From: Vicugna vicugna | Taxonomy: Eukaryota | DNA: 64,000 nt | Reading direction: 5' to 3' | Assembly (NCBI GenBank): GCA_013265495.1 | Contig: MU058540.1 | Span: 333,696 to 397,695 of the forward strand | Shown here: piece after piece, positions 28,635 through 40,373 of the stretch | How positions within the stretch are numbered: the first letter of the stretch is position 1 | How the letters are laid out: every line of letters starts with the position of its first letter | The notes under the pieces: model-generated | Told to the model about the DNA's origin: nothing | The model's database searches: none | The model's input: the letters and a program-made list of their open reading frames with translations, nothing else | Made by a program: the position numbers and the translations under genes

Positions 28635-29610
28635 ATTTGTGGGCGTTGTCTGTTAATAAATAGTTTATACAGTTATGGCTTCCTTCTTTGTGGTCCTTGC
28701 CATTTTTCTGGGACACTGATAAGGGAATGTGCTGTAATGCTGGGCCCTGTTGGTCCTTTTTCCCTCTTAGCTGATTGCCCCCTCAGGTACCCAATGTCCT
28801 TGGTCTTGATTAAAGCTTACTATTGCTAGTCCCCACCCTACCGGAAGCAACCCTTTATCTAGTGTGTCGCTCAAAGGTGGGAGGGAGGAATAAGCAACAC
28901 TCAGCCTTCAGGGGGAGCCCTGACCAGTATGAAGACGAGGTTCCTTGGGTTTGGCGTGTGGAATGTTGTGCCTTGTGTAGTAGCTGAGCCTAGCCAATTG
29001 CTTGGATGAGAATTTGCAGATCTTTACCACCCCAGGTTTTACAAGGTAGGGGCCCAGAATCGGAAAGTTGGGGGGTATGCTGATTACGACGACCCAGAAA
29101 AACTGGGCCCCGGGACGTCAGGGAGGTGGGATGCGCGGTCGCGGGGGAGGCCGCTGCCGGTCCGGCTGCACAGCGTTTGTCGGCTAAGACACGGGTCCAA
29201 TTTCATTCCTGCCTGGTCCGGGGAACGGTCACGCTTCCACCCCACCCACTCCCGCCTGTAGTCTGTGCGTCGCGCGGTTGCGAAGCTTCCGGCGGGGTTG
29301 CGCAGCGCCAAGCCCGCCCGGCGAAAGGGGCGGGACTTGGGCGGGGAAGGCGGCTGGTGAAGCGGAGCGGCCAGCCATGGAGCCGGGCTCTGGAGCCGCG
29401 CCGACAAGGTAACCTCTCCAAAGCTGCCCCCATGGTTCCCGCCGCGCCGCCTCCCGCGTCAGCACCTTCCGGCGCTGATACTAGCCTCGCGATTCGCCCG
29501 CCCCATCCCAGGCGTGGCCCTTTAAGGACCCAGGTTTCCGAGAGCTGGGCTCCCTGGCCATTAACTGCCCTCCATCTTTCCCTCCAGATCCCTTCTGACC
29601 GTGCCACACC

Positions 29611-30762
29611 ATGCCCCTCAGTCTCTTCCGGCGCCTTCTCCTCGTCGCCCTGCTGTTGGTGATTGTCTGGACCCTATTTGGGCCCTCGGGCATCGGGGAA
29701 GAGCTGCTGAGCCTCTCGCTAGCCTCCCTGGTCCCTGCCCCTGTCTCGCCTGGGCCGCCCCTGGCCCTGCCCCGCCTCTTGATCCCCAACGAGAAGCTGT
29801 GTAGTGGTCCCGTTGCCCCTCCCTTCCTGCTAATCCTAGTGTGCACGGCCCCAGAGAACCTGAACCAGAGAAATGCCATTAGGGCCTCATGGGGCGGCCT
29901 ACACGAGGCCCAGGGGCTCAGGGTGCAGACTCTCTTTCTACTGGGGGAACCAAGCTGGCGCCATCCCACCGGGGACTCCCACGGGAACGACCTGGCACGG
30001 GAGTCAGCGGCCCAGGGGGACATCATGCAGGCGGCCTTCCAGGATTCCTACCGCAACCTCACCCTCAAGACCCTCAGTGGGCTCAACTGGGCGGACAAAC
30101 ACTGCCCCATGGCGCGCTACGTCCTCAAAACTGACGATGACGTGTATGTCAACGTCCCGGAACTAGTATCAGAGCTGGTCCGGCGAGGGGGCCATTGGGA
30201 GCAACAGAAGAGGGGCATGGAGCCCCAGAAAAAGGCTAAGGTTAGAGATGAAAAGTGGGAAGGAGGCCCCACCTTGGGGAGCCATTCAGTGCCTCTTTTG
30301 TATTTGGGCCGTGTGCACTGGCGGGTGCACCCCTCTCGGACACCAGGGGGCAAGCACCAGATATCAGAGAAGCAGTGGCCTCCCACCTGGGGCCCCTTTC
30401 CCCCCTATGCCTCAGGCACAGGTTATGTGCTATCAGCTTCCGCCGTGCAGCTCATCCTGAAGGTGGCCAGCCGGGCACCCCCTCTGCCTCTGGAGGATGT
30501 CTTTGTGGGAGTAAGTGCCCGACGAGGAGGCCTCACCCCAACCCACTCTGTCAAGCTGGCTGGTGCGACCCACTACCCTCTGGACCGGTGCTGCTATGGG
30601 AAATTCCTGCTGACATCCCACGGGTTGGATCCCATGGAGATGCAGAAAGCCTGGAAGCTGGTGGATGGCTCTAATGGTGAAAGAACTGAACCCCACTGCT
30701 CCTGGCTCCAAGGAGCACTAGGCATCCTGCGGTGTCGGGTAATAGCCTGGCTTTACAGCTGA
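29611..30762 (+). CDS. B3GALT4: Beta-1,3-galactosyltransferase 4 (GM1/GD1b synthase), single coding exon, 383 aa
   Basis: N-terminal signal anchor; GT31 motifs RNAIRASWG, FQDSYRNLTLKT, KTDDDVYVN, PPYASGTGY, EDVFVG; syntenic position; AATAAA at 31027. Confidence 0.97.
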   Translation: MPLSLFRRLLLVALLLVIVWTLFGPSGIGEELLSLSLASLVPAPVSPGPPLALPRLLIPNEKLCSGPVAPPFLLILVCTAPENLNQRNAIRASWGGLHEAQGLRVQTLFLLGEPSWRHPTGDSHGNDLARESAAQGDIMQAAFQDSYRNLTLKTLSGLNWADKHCPMARYVLKTDDDVYVNVPELVSELVRRGGHWEQQKRGMEPQKKAKVRDEKWEGGPTLGSHSVPLLYLGRVHWRVHPSRTPGGKHQISEKQWPPTWGPFPPYASGTGYVLSASAVQLILKVASRAPPLPLEDVFVGVSARRGGLTPTHSVKLAGATHYPLDRCCYGKFLLTSHGLDPMEMQKAWKLVDGSNGERTEPHCSWLQGALGILRCRVIAWLYS

Positions 30763-31497
30763 GAGTGCTTGGGGGCTCACGAGAGGGACGAGGAGTGGAG
30801 GGTCCAGCTAGCACCCCCACGACCTCTCTCCCATGCCCAAGGCAGGGGCCCTAGCTGGCTGCCCGGATCAGCTTCCCCACACCAGACACTCAGTCTGTCA
30901 CTGAAGACTGAGGGATACAGGAGAAACCTAGAAGCCTGACCTGCCAGCCCCAAAGATGGTCGTCAGGAAGAGCAGCACATGCTGGGTTGTTCTCTCCAGC
31001 CGTGGCAGGAGGGGCATAAGCCCCTCAATAAACTTGTCTCTCTTCCTCTTCGAGTACAGTGTGGTCCTCACCAGAAGCCCCAGAACACAAACCTGGGCAA
31101 CCTGAAGGCTACCGGACCCTGCTGGATGGGAAGAACATATCCAGGGTTGTGGGAGAGGGAGGACAGCCTTTCCAAGGAGGAAGGCCCTATAGGGCAAGGC
31201 TAAGGCCACAGCAACCCCAAGAGACAGGGAAGGGTAGGAACAAGACACCATGACCGACCCCTGGTATCCGAGAGCAGCCCTGTGCTAGACCTGGGAGAGG
31301 ACAAGTCCACAGGATGATCCCAACACATTATCCAAACACTCACCTTCCTCTTTAATACCAACCCACCCCAGAGCCAGCTGTCCACTCCTAGATGGGGAAG
31401 GGGCACACTACTCCCTCCTCATTCCAGGGAACAGGAGCATTCCCCACAGGGGGTCCTGGGGAGAGAATGTTGTTCCTAGGTCACCCCGGAGCCTGGC

Positions 31498-34400
31498 TCA
31501 GCGCACAAATCTGTCCAGAGCAGATGGCCGGGCCCCTGTGGGCTTGGCTGCCTTCTCTTGCTTCTGCGGCTGCTCCTCAAGGCTCTGCCGGACTCTGTCC
31601 TGGGATGGGGAGAGAGGGATGCGGTGAGAAGTGGCGGGCTGGCCAAGCCAAAGGCACAAGCAAGAGGACAGAGCCCATGGGCGCCTGGCCCACCCCAAGT
31701 GCTCAGTTACCCTGTGTTCTTCATCCATGACTTTCCTCTTCCTCTTCACCAGACTTGCTGTCGAACTGCGGCCCTTCCGCTTTGGCTTTGGCTGGAATGG
31801 AGCCTTGGCCTCGGGATCATAGCCCTATGGGAAGGGGTAAGAGGGAAACCTGGAACAGCCTCAGAGGCAGGGGTGGTGGCACCTGCCTGCAGTGCTGCAC
31901 TTCTGGGGACAAGGTGGGGATAGGAGGTGGGGGTCAGGTGCCTGCTCCATACCAGCCTCTCGATCCGTTCCTTCTTTTTCTGCTCCAAAGAGATGACATC
32001 AACTTCTGCCAGGGCTCGTGGATCCAGACAAATGAGCTCTGCAGGTACCTGGATGTGTCACAGAGGGACAGGAAAGGGTAAGGAGCCACAAGAGGGTGAC
32101 ACCAAAGGATGGAAACCAAGGAGGCTGCTGAATCCCACTCTTCCCAAGACCCCCGGCCCCAAACTACACGCAGGCACCTCACCTTCTCCAGCAGCGCCTT
32201 CACCTCCCACTCCTGGCGCTGCTTCTGACTCCTGTATGGGTTATTCTCCAGGCCATCAAAGTTGGGCTCAGCAGCCCCTGGAAGGAGGAAGGAGCATGGG
32301 GCCATCAACAGGGGCCCAGCCTGACCAATCCCCTTGATCCTGGCTGATCCAAGACCCATCCCAACTTCCCTCCAGTTCATTCACTATGAGCCCCATCCCT
32401 GCCTACTCACCAGGAATCAGCATGCTGGTGATGCCCCCACTGTGCCCCACCCCTAGCACATCTTCAAAGGGGCAGAACTGAAGGCTGTGCACGTGGCCTA
32501 AGAGCCGGTGAGTGAGGTAGGGCTGCTCCAGGAGGGGGGGGCTGGCCTTGCCCTGCCCTGCCCACACGTTGACCACGTCACCCATTCCTGCAGCCAGCAG
32601 TCCCCGCTGGGAGAAGGCCAGGTGCCCTGCTCCCTGGGGCAGAGTCCTAGCACTCAGAGGCTGGAACGTCCCTCGCAAGTCAAAGATCTTTAGCTGGTGG
32701 TCCACACCAGAGGTGGCCATGTGCCTGGGGGGAAGAGGAAGTTAATCTGTAGTATAAGCTTACTGGGCAGGCCTGTGACCAAGTCCAGGCATGAAGTCCA
32801 GCTGGGGAGAAAAAGACCAATAATAATAGTAATCACTACCATCACACCACCCTCCACAGGCCTCCTCTCAGTTAAGCATCACGTGACCGTATTATTTATT
32901 TCCCTTTTACAGTGAGGAAACAAACTCAGAAAAGGGAAATCAGAGTAAGCAGTAGAGCTGGAATTCAAGTTAGACTGGGTTCTTCAGTGTCTGTGCTCTC
33001 ACCTACTCAAGACGTGTGAATTGAAGGGAAAAGGCATACGACAATCTATCTAAGTGATGTTCCACTGCGCAGACAGCCCAGCGGCTCAGCAGAGGGAAGG
33101 ACGGATTGAGGAGGTCGGGGAGGGCTTTGTGGGAAAATTGGGATTTGAGCCTTTCTAGGCAATTCTCAAGAAAGCACAAGAAACAGAGATATACAGCAGG
33201 TATTGGAAGCAGGGATTTGTTTTCAGGATGGTGGGAAATAGGGACAGGAGGACCAGGAGTGTACAAATTGTAAGGGCTCTTGAAAGTCAGAGAGGGACCC
33301 AGAGTGCCCGACATTGGTCTCCAGCAATGACAAGTCACAAGGTGAAGACACGCAGACCGGAGAAAGCCTCCTTAGGAAGCAAGGCAGTAATGCACTGGAG
33401 GGCCCCACCCCGCCCCCTTCCCCTGGAAGGAGGAGGGGCAAGGTTGGTGACCAAACCCTCTCAAGGAATCATGACCCACATAAGTCGTTTACTTTCAGAG
33501 ACTGGAGTTTCTGTCGATGTTCAAGTTGCTCCTCAGAGAAGGAGGCTGAAGGGGGACCAGCCAGGCGAGGGGCTGTGTGTTTGCCAGACACCAAGGACTC
33601 TCTTTAGCTGTGGCTGTGAACACAGGAGGAAGGAACTAAAGCGTTCCTCTGAGCAGAGTTGGCCTTTGATGGGGCTGAATAGAGGCCCAGTTGGGAGAAA
33701 CAGTAGGCCCGATCCGAACACGCATACAAGTCAGACAGAACAGCTGTGGAAATGCACATACTCGCCCAGGAAGAGTGGAAATTCAAAGCAGACCTCCCAG
33801 CCCTACCCTTCTCGTCACCAGCCAGACCTCAAGAGAACGACCATCTGATCATCTTTAATGATGATGGTCACAGAGCGTGGCGCCACCCACTCACTAGGCA
33901 CCACGGTAAGCTCTGGATGCCATGCCCGTCTTTAATGTCAACTACAGCTTGGAGCTAAGCCCAGGGCTTGGCGAACTATGGCCCATGAGTCAAGTAAGTC
34001 CAGCCCACACCTGTTTCTGTACAGCCCATAAGCTGAGAATGGTTTTTACATTTTTAAGTGGTTGGGGAAAAAAAGCAAGAGAAAACATTTTTAAGGCATG
34101 TGAACGTTATTTCAAATTCAAATTTCAGTGTTCACAAATAAAGTTTTATTGGCACACAGCCACTCTCATTTGGTTACTTATTCCGAGGCTGCTTTTGTGC
34201 TACGAGAGCACAGGAGAATGGTCAAGACGGTATCTCTTCACACTGCTGCCCAGGACACTATCATCTCAGTGACAAGGCCACCACCTGATAGCATTTTGAG
34301 CACCACCGAGCTCATTGTCTATCTATGTGGAAAAATGTTTGCAAAGATGAAAAAAAAAAAAAAAACCTCTCCACAGATCGGCATTGATAGATACACATCT

Positions 34401-37233
34401 GCAATCAAGTTTGACGATTCAGAACTCAATTAAGCAAATGTTATTCTCCAAAACAGAAATCCAGTTCTTCCCACTAGTTGACCTGTGTTACAGATATATT
34501 GTGGTTCAATTGTTTTTATACGTAATTGCTTAAAAATTTGCAATACTTTTTCTCTCATGTTACGTAAGTACCAATGTGAAACACTCGGTTATGCCTCTTT
34601 ATCAAAAAAGCCTAAAATGCTTACTATCAGGCTCTTTACAGGAAAAGTTTTCTGACCCTCGAGCTGGATACTCATACCCGCGCTCTCAGGGGAAGCAGCG
34701 TGTGTGGTACACCGACGTTACATAATGGGCCACCGACATGGCTGGTCAGTGGTAACACCAGGATTTAAACCAGGCAGTTTGGCTGCAGAGTGTGTGCTCC
34801 TAAAGGCACATCACCTTCTAGTCCCTTTTGCCCAGCTGTGACACACCCCCCTCAACAGCACCTCATGCCCAAACAAGTGACTTACATGCCTGTAGAATCT
34901 ACTGCCACAGCCCGGACCCCACCCCGGTGACAGAGAATCTTTGCCAGTGGCTCCTTCATGGCTGGGCTCCATAAAGACACAGTCCCTGGACATCAGAGAA
35001 GAGCTGAGGTTACTAACAGGGCACTGAGGTGATTCAACCTGGGAAAGATGGGGACTCAAAGCCAAGAGGTAACAAGAGAGGGAGGTAGAGGGGCAACTTT
35101 AAGCGACTCATGAAATACATGTTTAGAAGAGAAAAGCAGAATGGGTGGTCAGAATTGACCTCAGCCAAGGACCCACCGTTGCTGTGTCCAAGATGGATGA
35201 CAGCATTGTAAGGGTTCTGAGTCATGACATCGAGCCGTCCTGCCCGAGCATTCAGAGCGGCCACAATCTTTCCCACGGACACGTCCAAGTATGTGAGAAA
35301 CCCTGTCTCTGACTATGAGAGAGAGAGAGAAAGAGACAGACTGACTGCCTTCTAGTTTCCCTCTACTGGGGTCCCAGGGGAGGATCAGTCTTCTCAGGGT
35401 CTGCCACCCAGTCCCTGTGCTCCACAGCCACTCACAGCTGTGGCCAAGAGGAAGTGGAAAGGCAGGAACTCAAGACGTGTGACTCGGTCACAGCGGCGGA
35501 TGCAGTGGAGCTCAATGCCCTGGTTGTCGTAAATATGAAGCCAGCGGTTCTGAGCAACAGCAAGCAGTGCTTCTGAATGCAGAAACCTGGGAGGAGAGAG
35601 GAGTGATTCAACATGAACGGGAGTCACAGGCTATCATTCAATCAGGGATGGGCTATCTCACCCCACTGAGGCCACTGACCGGATGTCCCGCACTGCCTCC
35701 ATGACGTTGATCTCACACATGAGCTTCTTTGTCACCCAGTCAAGGGCAGCCACGTGACCCCGGCGCCCTCCAAAAGCCAGGTGTCTGTTGGAGGTAGGGA
35801 CAGGCAGGGTGTCAATGCAGGGGAGCACTGACCCCTGACTCAGAGGTCTGCCCCACGCCAGCTCCTCTTCTCCAGGTGAGAGATACTGCTCCACACACTC
35901 ACCTTCACATGGAAGCAGATCACAGGACCCTCCCCACATCAACATCCAAACATACACTGGTATGGCTGAGATGGGCACGGCTGAAGTGGTTAAGGAGACA
36001 TGACCACATCCTAGTTCAAGTCATTGGAATTCAACCTTACCTCCCAGTTCGAGAGTAATTCAGCCTGTAGGGTCCAAACTGCCTCAAGTTCAAGTCAAAG
36101 TGCTGAAAAGGGAATAGTTAAAAAAAAAAAAAAAGGCTCCCTTCAGTAATTTTCTCTTCCACTCCCCACCTCCATCTTGCTCTGCACCACCCATCAACCA
36201 ATGAGCCCTTTTCCATCCTCAGGCTCACTTTGGCTGCACTTGCGATGTCCACGGCCTCCACGATGTCAGCCTGACGTATCCTTGCCGTGTCCTCCCCATC
36301 CTCCCCTTCCAGAAACCTGCAAGCGAGCGTTACAGTTGCATTAAAGCTTCCTAACGTGAAATGGGTGTACAAAAACAGAATGGAGAAACGAGAGCCCCAT
36401 AAAGCAGGGGACGGAGAGACCCACATTAGGGTCCACTTACCCAGGTTCCTCAGCAAGCAGCAGCTCAGAACGAGCAGCTCTCACACTTACTTCCTCTTCC
36501 TCAGCTTCAGCTGCCTCCAGTCGGCTTCGGGTTTTGGATTTAGAACGTGGCAGCTATCACACGTTAGGGCAGGAGCGGAAGAACCAAGGGATATGAGGAG
36601 GGTCACAAGAGAGCCACCGGGCCCCGCCCCCATCCAATTCACTCAGACATTCCCTGCTTGCAACAAGTCTCACCTTTTTGGATTTGTCAACGCGACGGAA
36701 CTTCTGAACCACCTCCCCAGGGACGGGGGCGGGGCCTGCAAATGGGTCCTGTGCCTAGGGCAGAGCAGGCAATTAGCAGACCAACTAGAGTTGACCCCAA
36801 CCCTCGTACCCTCAAGGCGGAAGGCGAGTTGTCTCGCTACCCTGTCAGGTTCCAGGCTCACCCCAGACAAGCTCCGCTGAGGCCCCCGTTCTCGGGGTTT
36901 CTTCGGGGCCTGAGGCTTTTTGGAGATCCGAGACTTCTTTCGGATGTGAATGTTCTTTGGCTTCTGGGGGCGGAGCTCTCGATTCCTCTTCAGTTTACGA
37001 GGGGGCCCTGGAGAGGCTCCGGCAGCAGTTGGAGAAGTCTCTTCCTCCCAGTATCGCCGCGGTTTCTACGGGCAGATCAGGAGCCCTGATGTTCCGCGGC
37101 CCCTTGTCCCGCCCCTCCAACCCCGCAGCTAAAAACTTCCCTTCCACCCCAAGGAGGCCTCTACCTTCTTCTTGGCCTGAAGTTTGTCCTTCTTAGGCTG
37201 GACATCCCTGCCCAGCTTGGGGGCTGTCTCCAT
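31498..37233 (-). CDS. WDR46: WD repeat protein 46 (UTP7/BING4), 15 exons, 609 aa
   Basis: Exons 37165-37233, 36862-37065, 36674-36754, 36441-36553, 36229-36316, 36041-36102, 35680-35784, 35436-35586, 35177-35312, 34886-34985, 32411-32724, 32183-32277, 31953-32048, 31711-31824, 31498-31599 = 1830 nt; [10 protein letters not shown] ... [15 protein letters not shown] at 31351-31356. Confidence 0.96.
33960..34665. mobile_element. MER58/Cheshire-type hAT DNA transposon
   Basis: cagggcttggcgaactatggccca ... aaataaagttttattggcacacagcca ... ctctttacaggaaaagttttctgaccc. Confidence 0.75.
35313..35370 (-). ncRNA. Candidate tailed mirtron, MIR6873-like, at the 3' end of WDR46 intron 8
   Basis: Purine arm TAGAGGGAAACTAGAAGGCAGT followed by a (CT)n arm ending at the splice acceptor; resembles human miR-6873 as I recall it. 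Confidence 0.35.
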
Positions 37234-37898
37234 CTAGCCCACCCGAAAGACGACGCACGTGCAAATTCTTCTCAGCTGTCCCACAGTTGGCTTGAAAACT
37301 CCCGGAAGTCCTCCGGTTGTCATCCAATTGGTGCAGCCCTAGGTCTGAAGCCTTCTAGGCGCCATCTTGAATGAGGGCGCTCTCTCCACTGAGGGGCGGG
37401 GCCGACCCGCCCTGCCGTGAGGCAACTTATGCCTGAGTAAGAAAAGAGAGTCAGTCCGGAGCCAGGACCCACGTAACCATGAAGTTTCTTATCCCAGCTT
37501 CGTTTCCTCATCTTGCCTAAAGCCTTCCAAGTTTAGCCTTTTTAGCAGAACGCCACTCATTAGGTATGTTAGAACTACAGTTCCCGGCATGTGCCGGAAG
37601 GCAGCTTCCGGCGCCGTTTTTTCCCAGCATTCGTTGTTTACTTCCGGGTTCACCAATACTGAAGGGAGAACGTGAGTAGGCCAGGGGTTCCGTTGAGGGG
37701 TTTTGGGGGTCTCGGTTTGCCTGCCACCCGCTGGAGACGGGGTGGAGTTGATATCCCGGACGAAGAGAAACTGCTGTGCTCCGAGAGACTGCCTCTCAAG
37801 AGGGCTGTCATTCCCGCAGGCCAGAAAGAGAGCCCCGATACCTTCCAGTGTGAGACCCAGTGCCCCTCTCCGATTCCCTGCAGGCTTTCGTCCCCGCC
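37234..37898. promoter_or_regulatory. Bidirectional promoter WDR46/PFDN6, including the PFDN6 5'UTR exon and intron
   Basis: ACTACAGTTCCCGGCATG (ZNF143/THAP11 motif) at 37574, CGCCATCTT (YY1) at about 37360, GC box, several CCGGAAG; donor GTGAGT at 37672, acceptor at 37883. Confidence 0.85.
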
Positions 37899-38882
37899 AT
37901 GGCTGAGCTGATCCAGAAGAAGTTACAGGGAGAAGTGGAGAAATATCAACAGCTACAGAAAGGTAAGGGAGGAGGATCGGTGTGGCCTCGCCCCCATTCC
38001 CTCACTTACAACCCAAAGCCATGCCAAGATAATGTGTTCCGCCCCGCCCCCACCCCACCTCTGGGCCCCTGTGTGCGGCCCTTTATATGCTTTACCCAAC
38101 CACTGACCCGTCGTCCCCATCCTTGTCTACTTCTTCAGATACATTTTCTTGTGGGGGACTTTGGGGGTTGGGTGGCACATTTGATGTCTTGATTTATCAA
38201 GTCTTTCCTTCCACCCGCCAGACTTGAGTAAATCCATGTCAGGGAGGCAGAAGCTAGAGGCACAACTAACAGAAAATAATATCGTGAAAGAGGTGAGAGA
38301 CTGGGGTTTGTGGGGCGAGAAGGACTTTTACAATGATTCTGATCATGTATGTCTCACCCCTCCATCAGGAACTGGCCCTGCTGGATGGGTCCAACGTGGT
38401 CTTTAAACTTCTGGGTCCCGTGCTGGTCAAACAGGAGCTTGGGGAGGCTCGGGCTACAGTGGGGAAAAGGCTAGACTACATCACAGCTGAAATGTGAGTC
38501 TTTGTCCCAGCACCCTGTGATGTTCCTGACACGTTGGAATAGAGGTGTTGAGGAACCACTGCAGAAACCACTGTAGAGTATCTCTCCAGAGTATCCCCAT
38601 TATTCAGTTCCTCTAACCCCTTCCCTTTAACCCCTCTTCTTCTCCGTCCCCTAAATGTCAGGTTTTCCACCAGTCTCCTTCTTGCCTTAAGCATCCTCAA
38701 TAGTAAGTCTCACTAATTTCTCATTTGCTTTTTGCCTCTCGTCTCTCCTTAGTAAGCGGTATGAATCCCAGCTCCGGGACTTAGAGCGCCAGTCAGAACA
38801 ACAGAGGGAGACCCTTGCTCAGCTGCAGCAGGAGTTCCAGCGGGCCCAGGCAGCAAAGGCAGGGGCTCCTGGGAAGGCCTGA
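37899..38882 (+). CDS. PFDN6: Prefoldin subunit 6, 4 coding exons, 129 aa
   Basis: Exons 37899-37962, 38222-38292, 38369-38493, 38753-38882 = 390 nt; MAELIQKKLQGEVEKYQQLQKD ... AAKAGAPGKA*; AATAAA at 38945. Confidence 0.97.
38293..38368 (+). ncRNA. Candidate mirtron, MIR6834-like (whole 76-nt PFDN6 intron)
   Basis: 5' arm GTGAGAGACTGGGGTTTGTGG and 3' arm TATGTCTCACCCCTCCATCAG are partly complementary; resembles human miR-6834 as I recall it. Confidence 0.45.
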
Positions 38883-39070
38883 CCCCGTGGTGGGGGGAAG
38901 GGGAGGGGCGGGAATGAGGCAGCTCTAGGGTCTATACTGTAGCTAATAAAATGTGAAAATACCTGGCCATTTTCTGACCAGCCACCTCTGTCATAATTGT
39001 CTCCACCCATTCCCTGGTCCCTTCCGCCTTATATATTTACCATCTATGTTAACTCACTCAAGTCCAAATT

Positions 39071-39175
39071 CTTTTTCTTTCTTTTTTTCTTTTTTAATGG
39101 AGGTACTGGGGATTGAACCCAGGACATCTGCTAGCTAAGCATGCACTCTACCACTGAGCTATACCTACCACCCCT
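39071..39175 (-). mobile_element. tRNA-derived SINE
   Basis: T-rich tail, ggaggtactggggattgaacccagg ... ctctaccactgagctatacc; flanks ctcaagtccaaatt / ctcaggtccagatt. Confidence 0.9.
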
Positions 39176-40373
39176 TCTCAGGTCCAGATTTTTGCACTGG
39201 TATCTCTCTGTGGCAAAGTAATCTTTCTTGAGACTGAAGTCTGAAAAGTCTCAAACCTAATTCTTGCCTGTATATACAATCCTTAACTCTCCTTTGTCTT
39301 GGCTGGCATCCTCCTTTAGGAAACAAGAGAAGGACATTTACAATGCAACAATTTTGGGGAAAGCGAGTTTAATTGACTAACATACAGTTCTCTGACCTGT
39401 GACCCCAGAATGAAACATGGTGACCCTCCTTGCTATGATATGTCATCCTCAAAATAGCCTTAGCATCTTAGTTCTTTTTAACCTCTTTCGTCATAAAATT
39501 TGTTTAAATGTAGCTTAAACTGATTTAAAATCCCAACACACAACGCTCTGTGATATTGTAAGTCCTCAAGGTTTGTACACTGTCCACAAAATTGTTCTTG
39601 GATTTCTGTCCAAAAATTGTTTCCTACAAATTCCAAGCCAAGGGTGTTCTTCGTACTGATCATTTTAATTGGGTAGCTAGTACTTGACATAGGTCTGGGA
39701 CAACTTAGGAAAATTTAAGAGCAAATAAAGAGACCAGAGATAGAGAGGTTACTGGGGAGGAATAAACCATCCTGAAGGAACCGTTTCCACCAACTCCTTG
39801 CTTTCAGCTCTTCATGGATAAAAAAACATTCGGTCCCTCTTGTTCCATGGTGTCTACCTTCAGCCAGCTCCCCACCCCCACTACCAGCAGCTAGTTCATA
39901 CACACTGCAAGGACAGGAGTAGAGTTCAGGTAGTGTTTTGGTTTATTAGTGTTGTCACAGTGACAGGAACCCCTAGAGTAGGAAAAGGAAATCCTACTAG
40001 AACCTTCTTACTGTTCCCTCTCCCTGGGGCTCAGAGCTTCTAGGCTTTTCTCCTCCCCCTACTTCTAGGCCCTTCCTTGACCCTTGGCATACTAAGATGT
40101 GGCCAGGAATCAGAAACCGATCCCTTTTTCCAGCACTAGCTGTGCTGCATTCATGGAAAGTGGGGAGCTATACACAGGTATCCAACTTGGTTACCAAGAT
40201 TACCAATTCCCACAGGGCTGGATATCCACCGTCTGGTAAACCTGTGGCACTTCACTGCCCCAGGGTGGTTGGCCATCTCTGGATTTTTTTTCCTAATGTG
40301 GCAACTGCCACCACTCAGGATGGCATGTCTGGTATGGCCCCCATGAGTTCTGTGAGCCAACAGGGCTTCCTCC

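Noticed and set aside
29126..29662. 178-aa ORF upstream of B3GALT4
   Set aside because: Non-ATG start, low-complexity GC-rich translation, out of frame with B3GALT4
30762..31498. Possible 3' overlap of convergent B3GALT4 and WDR46
   Set aside because: The poly(A) signals at 31027 (+) and 31351 (-) leave a gap of about 300 nt
33228..33848. 206-aa ORF antisense in WDR46 intron 10
   Set aside because: No recognisable motif, promoter or splice context; most likely chance or an old repeat
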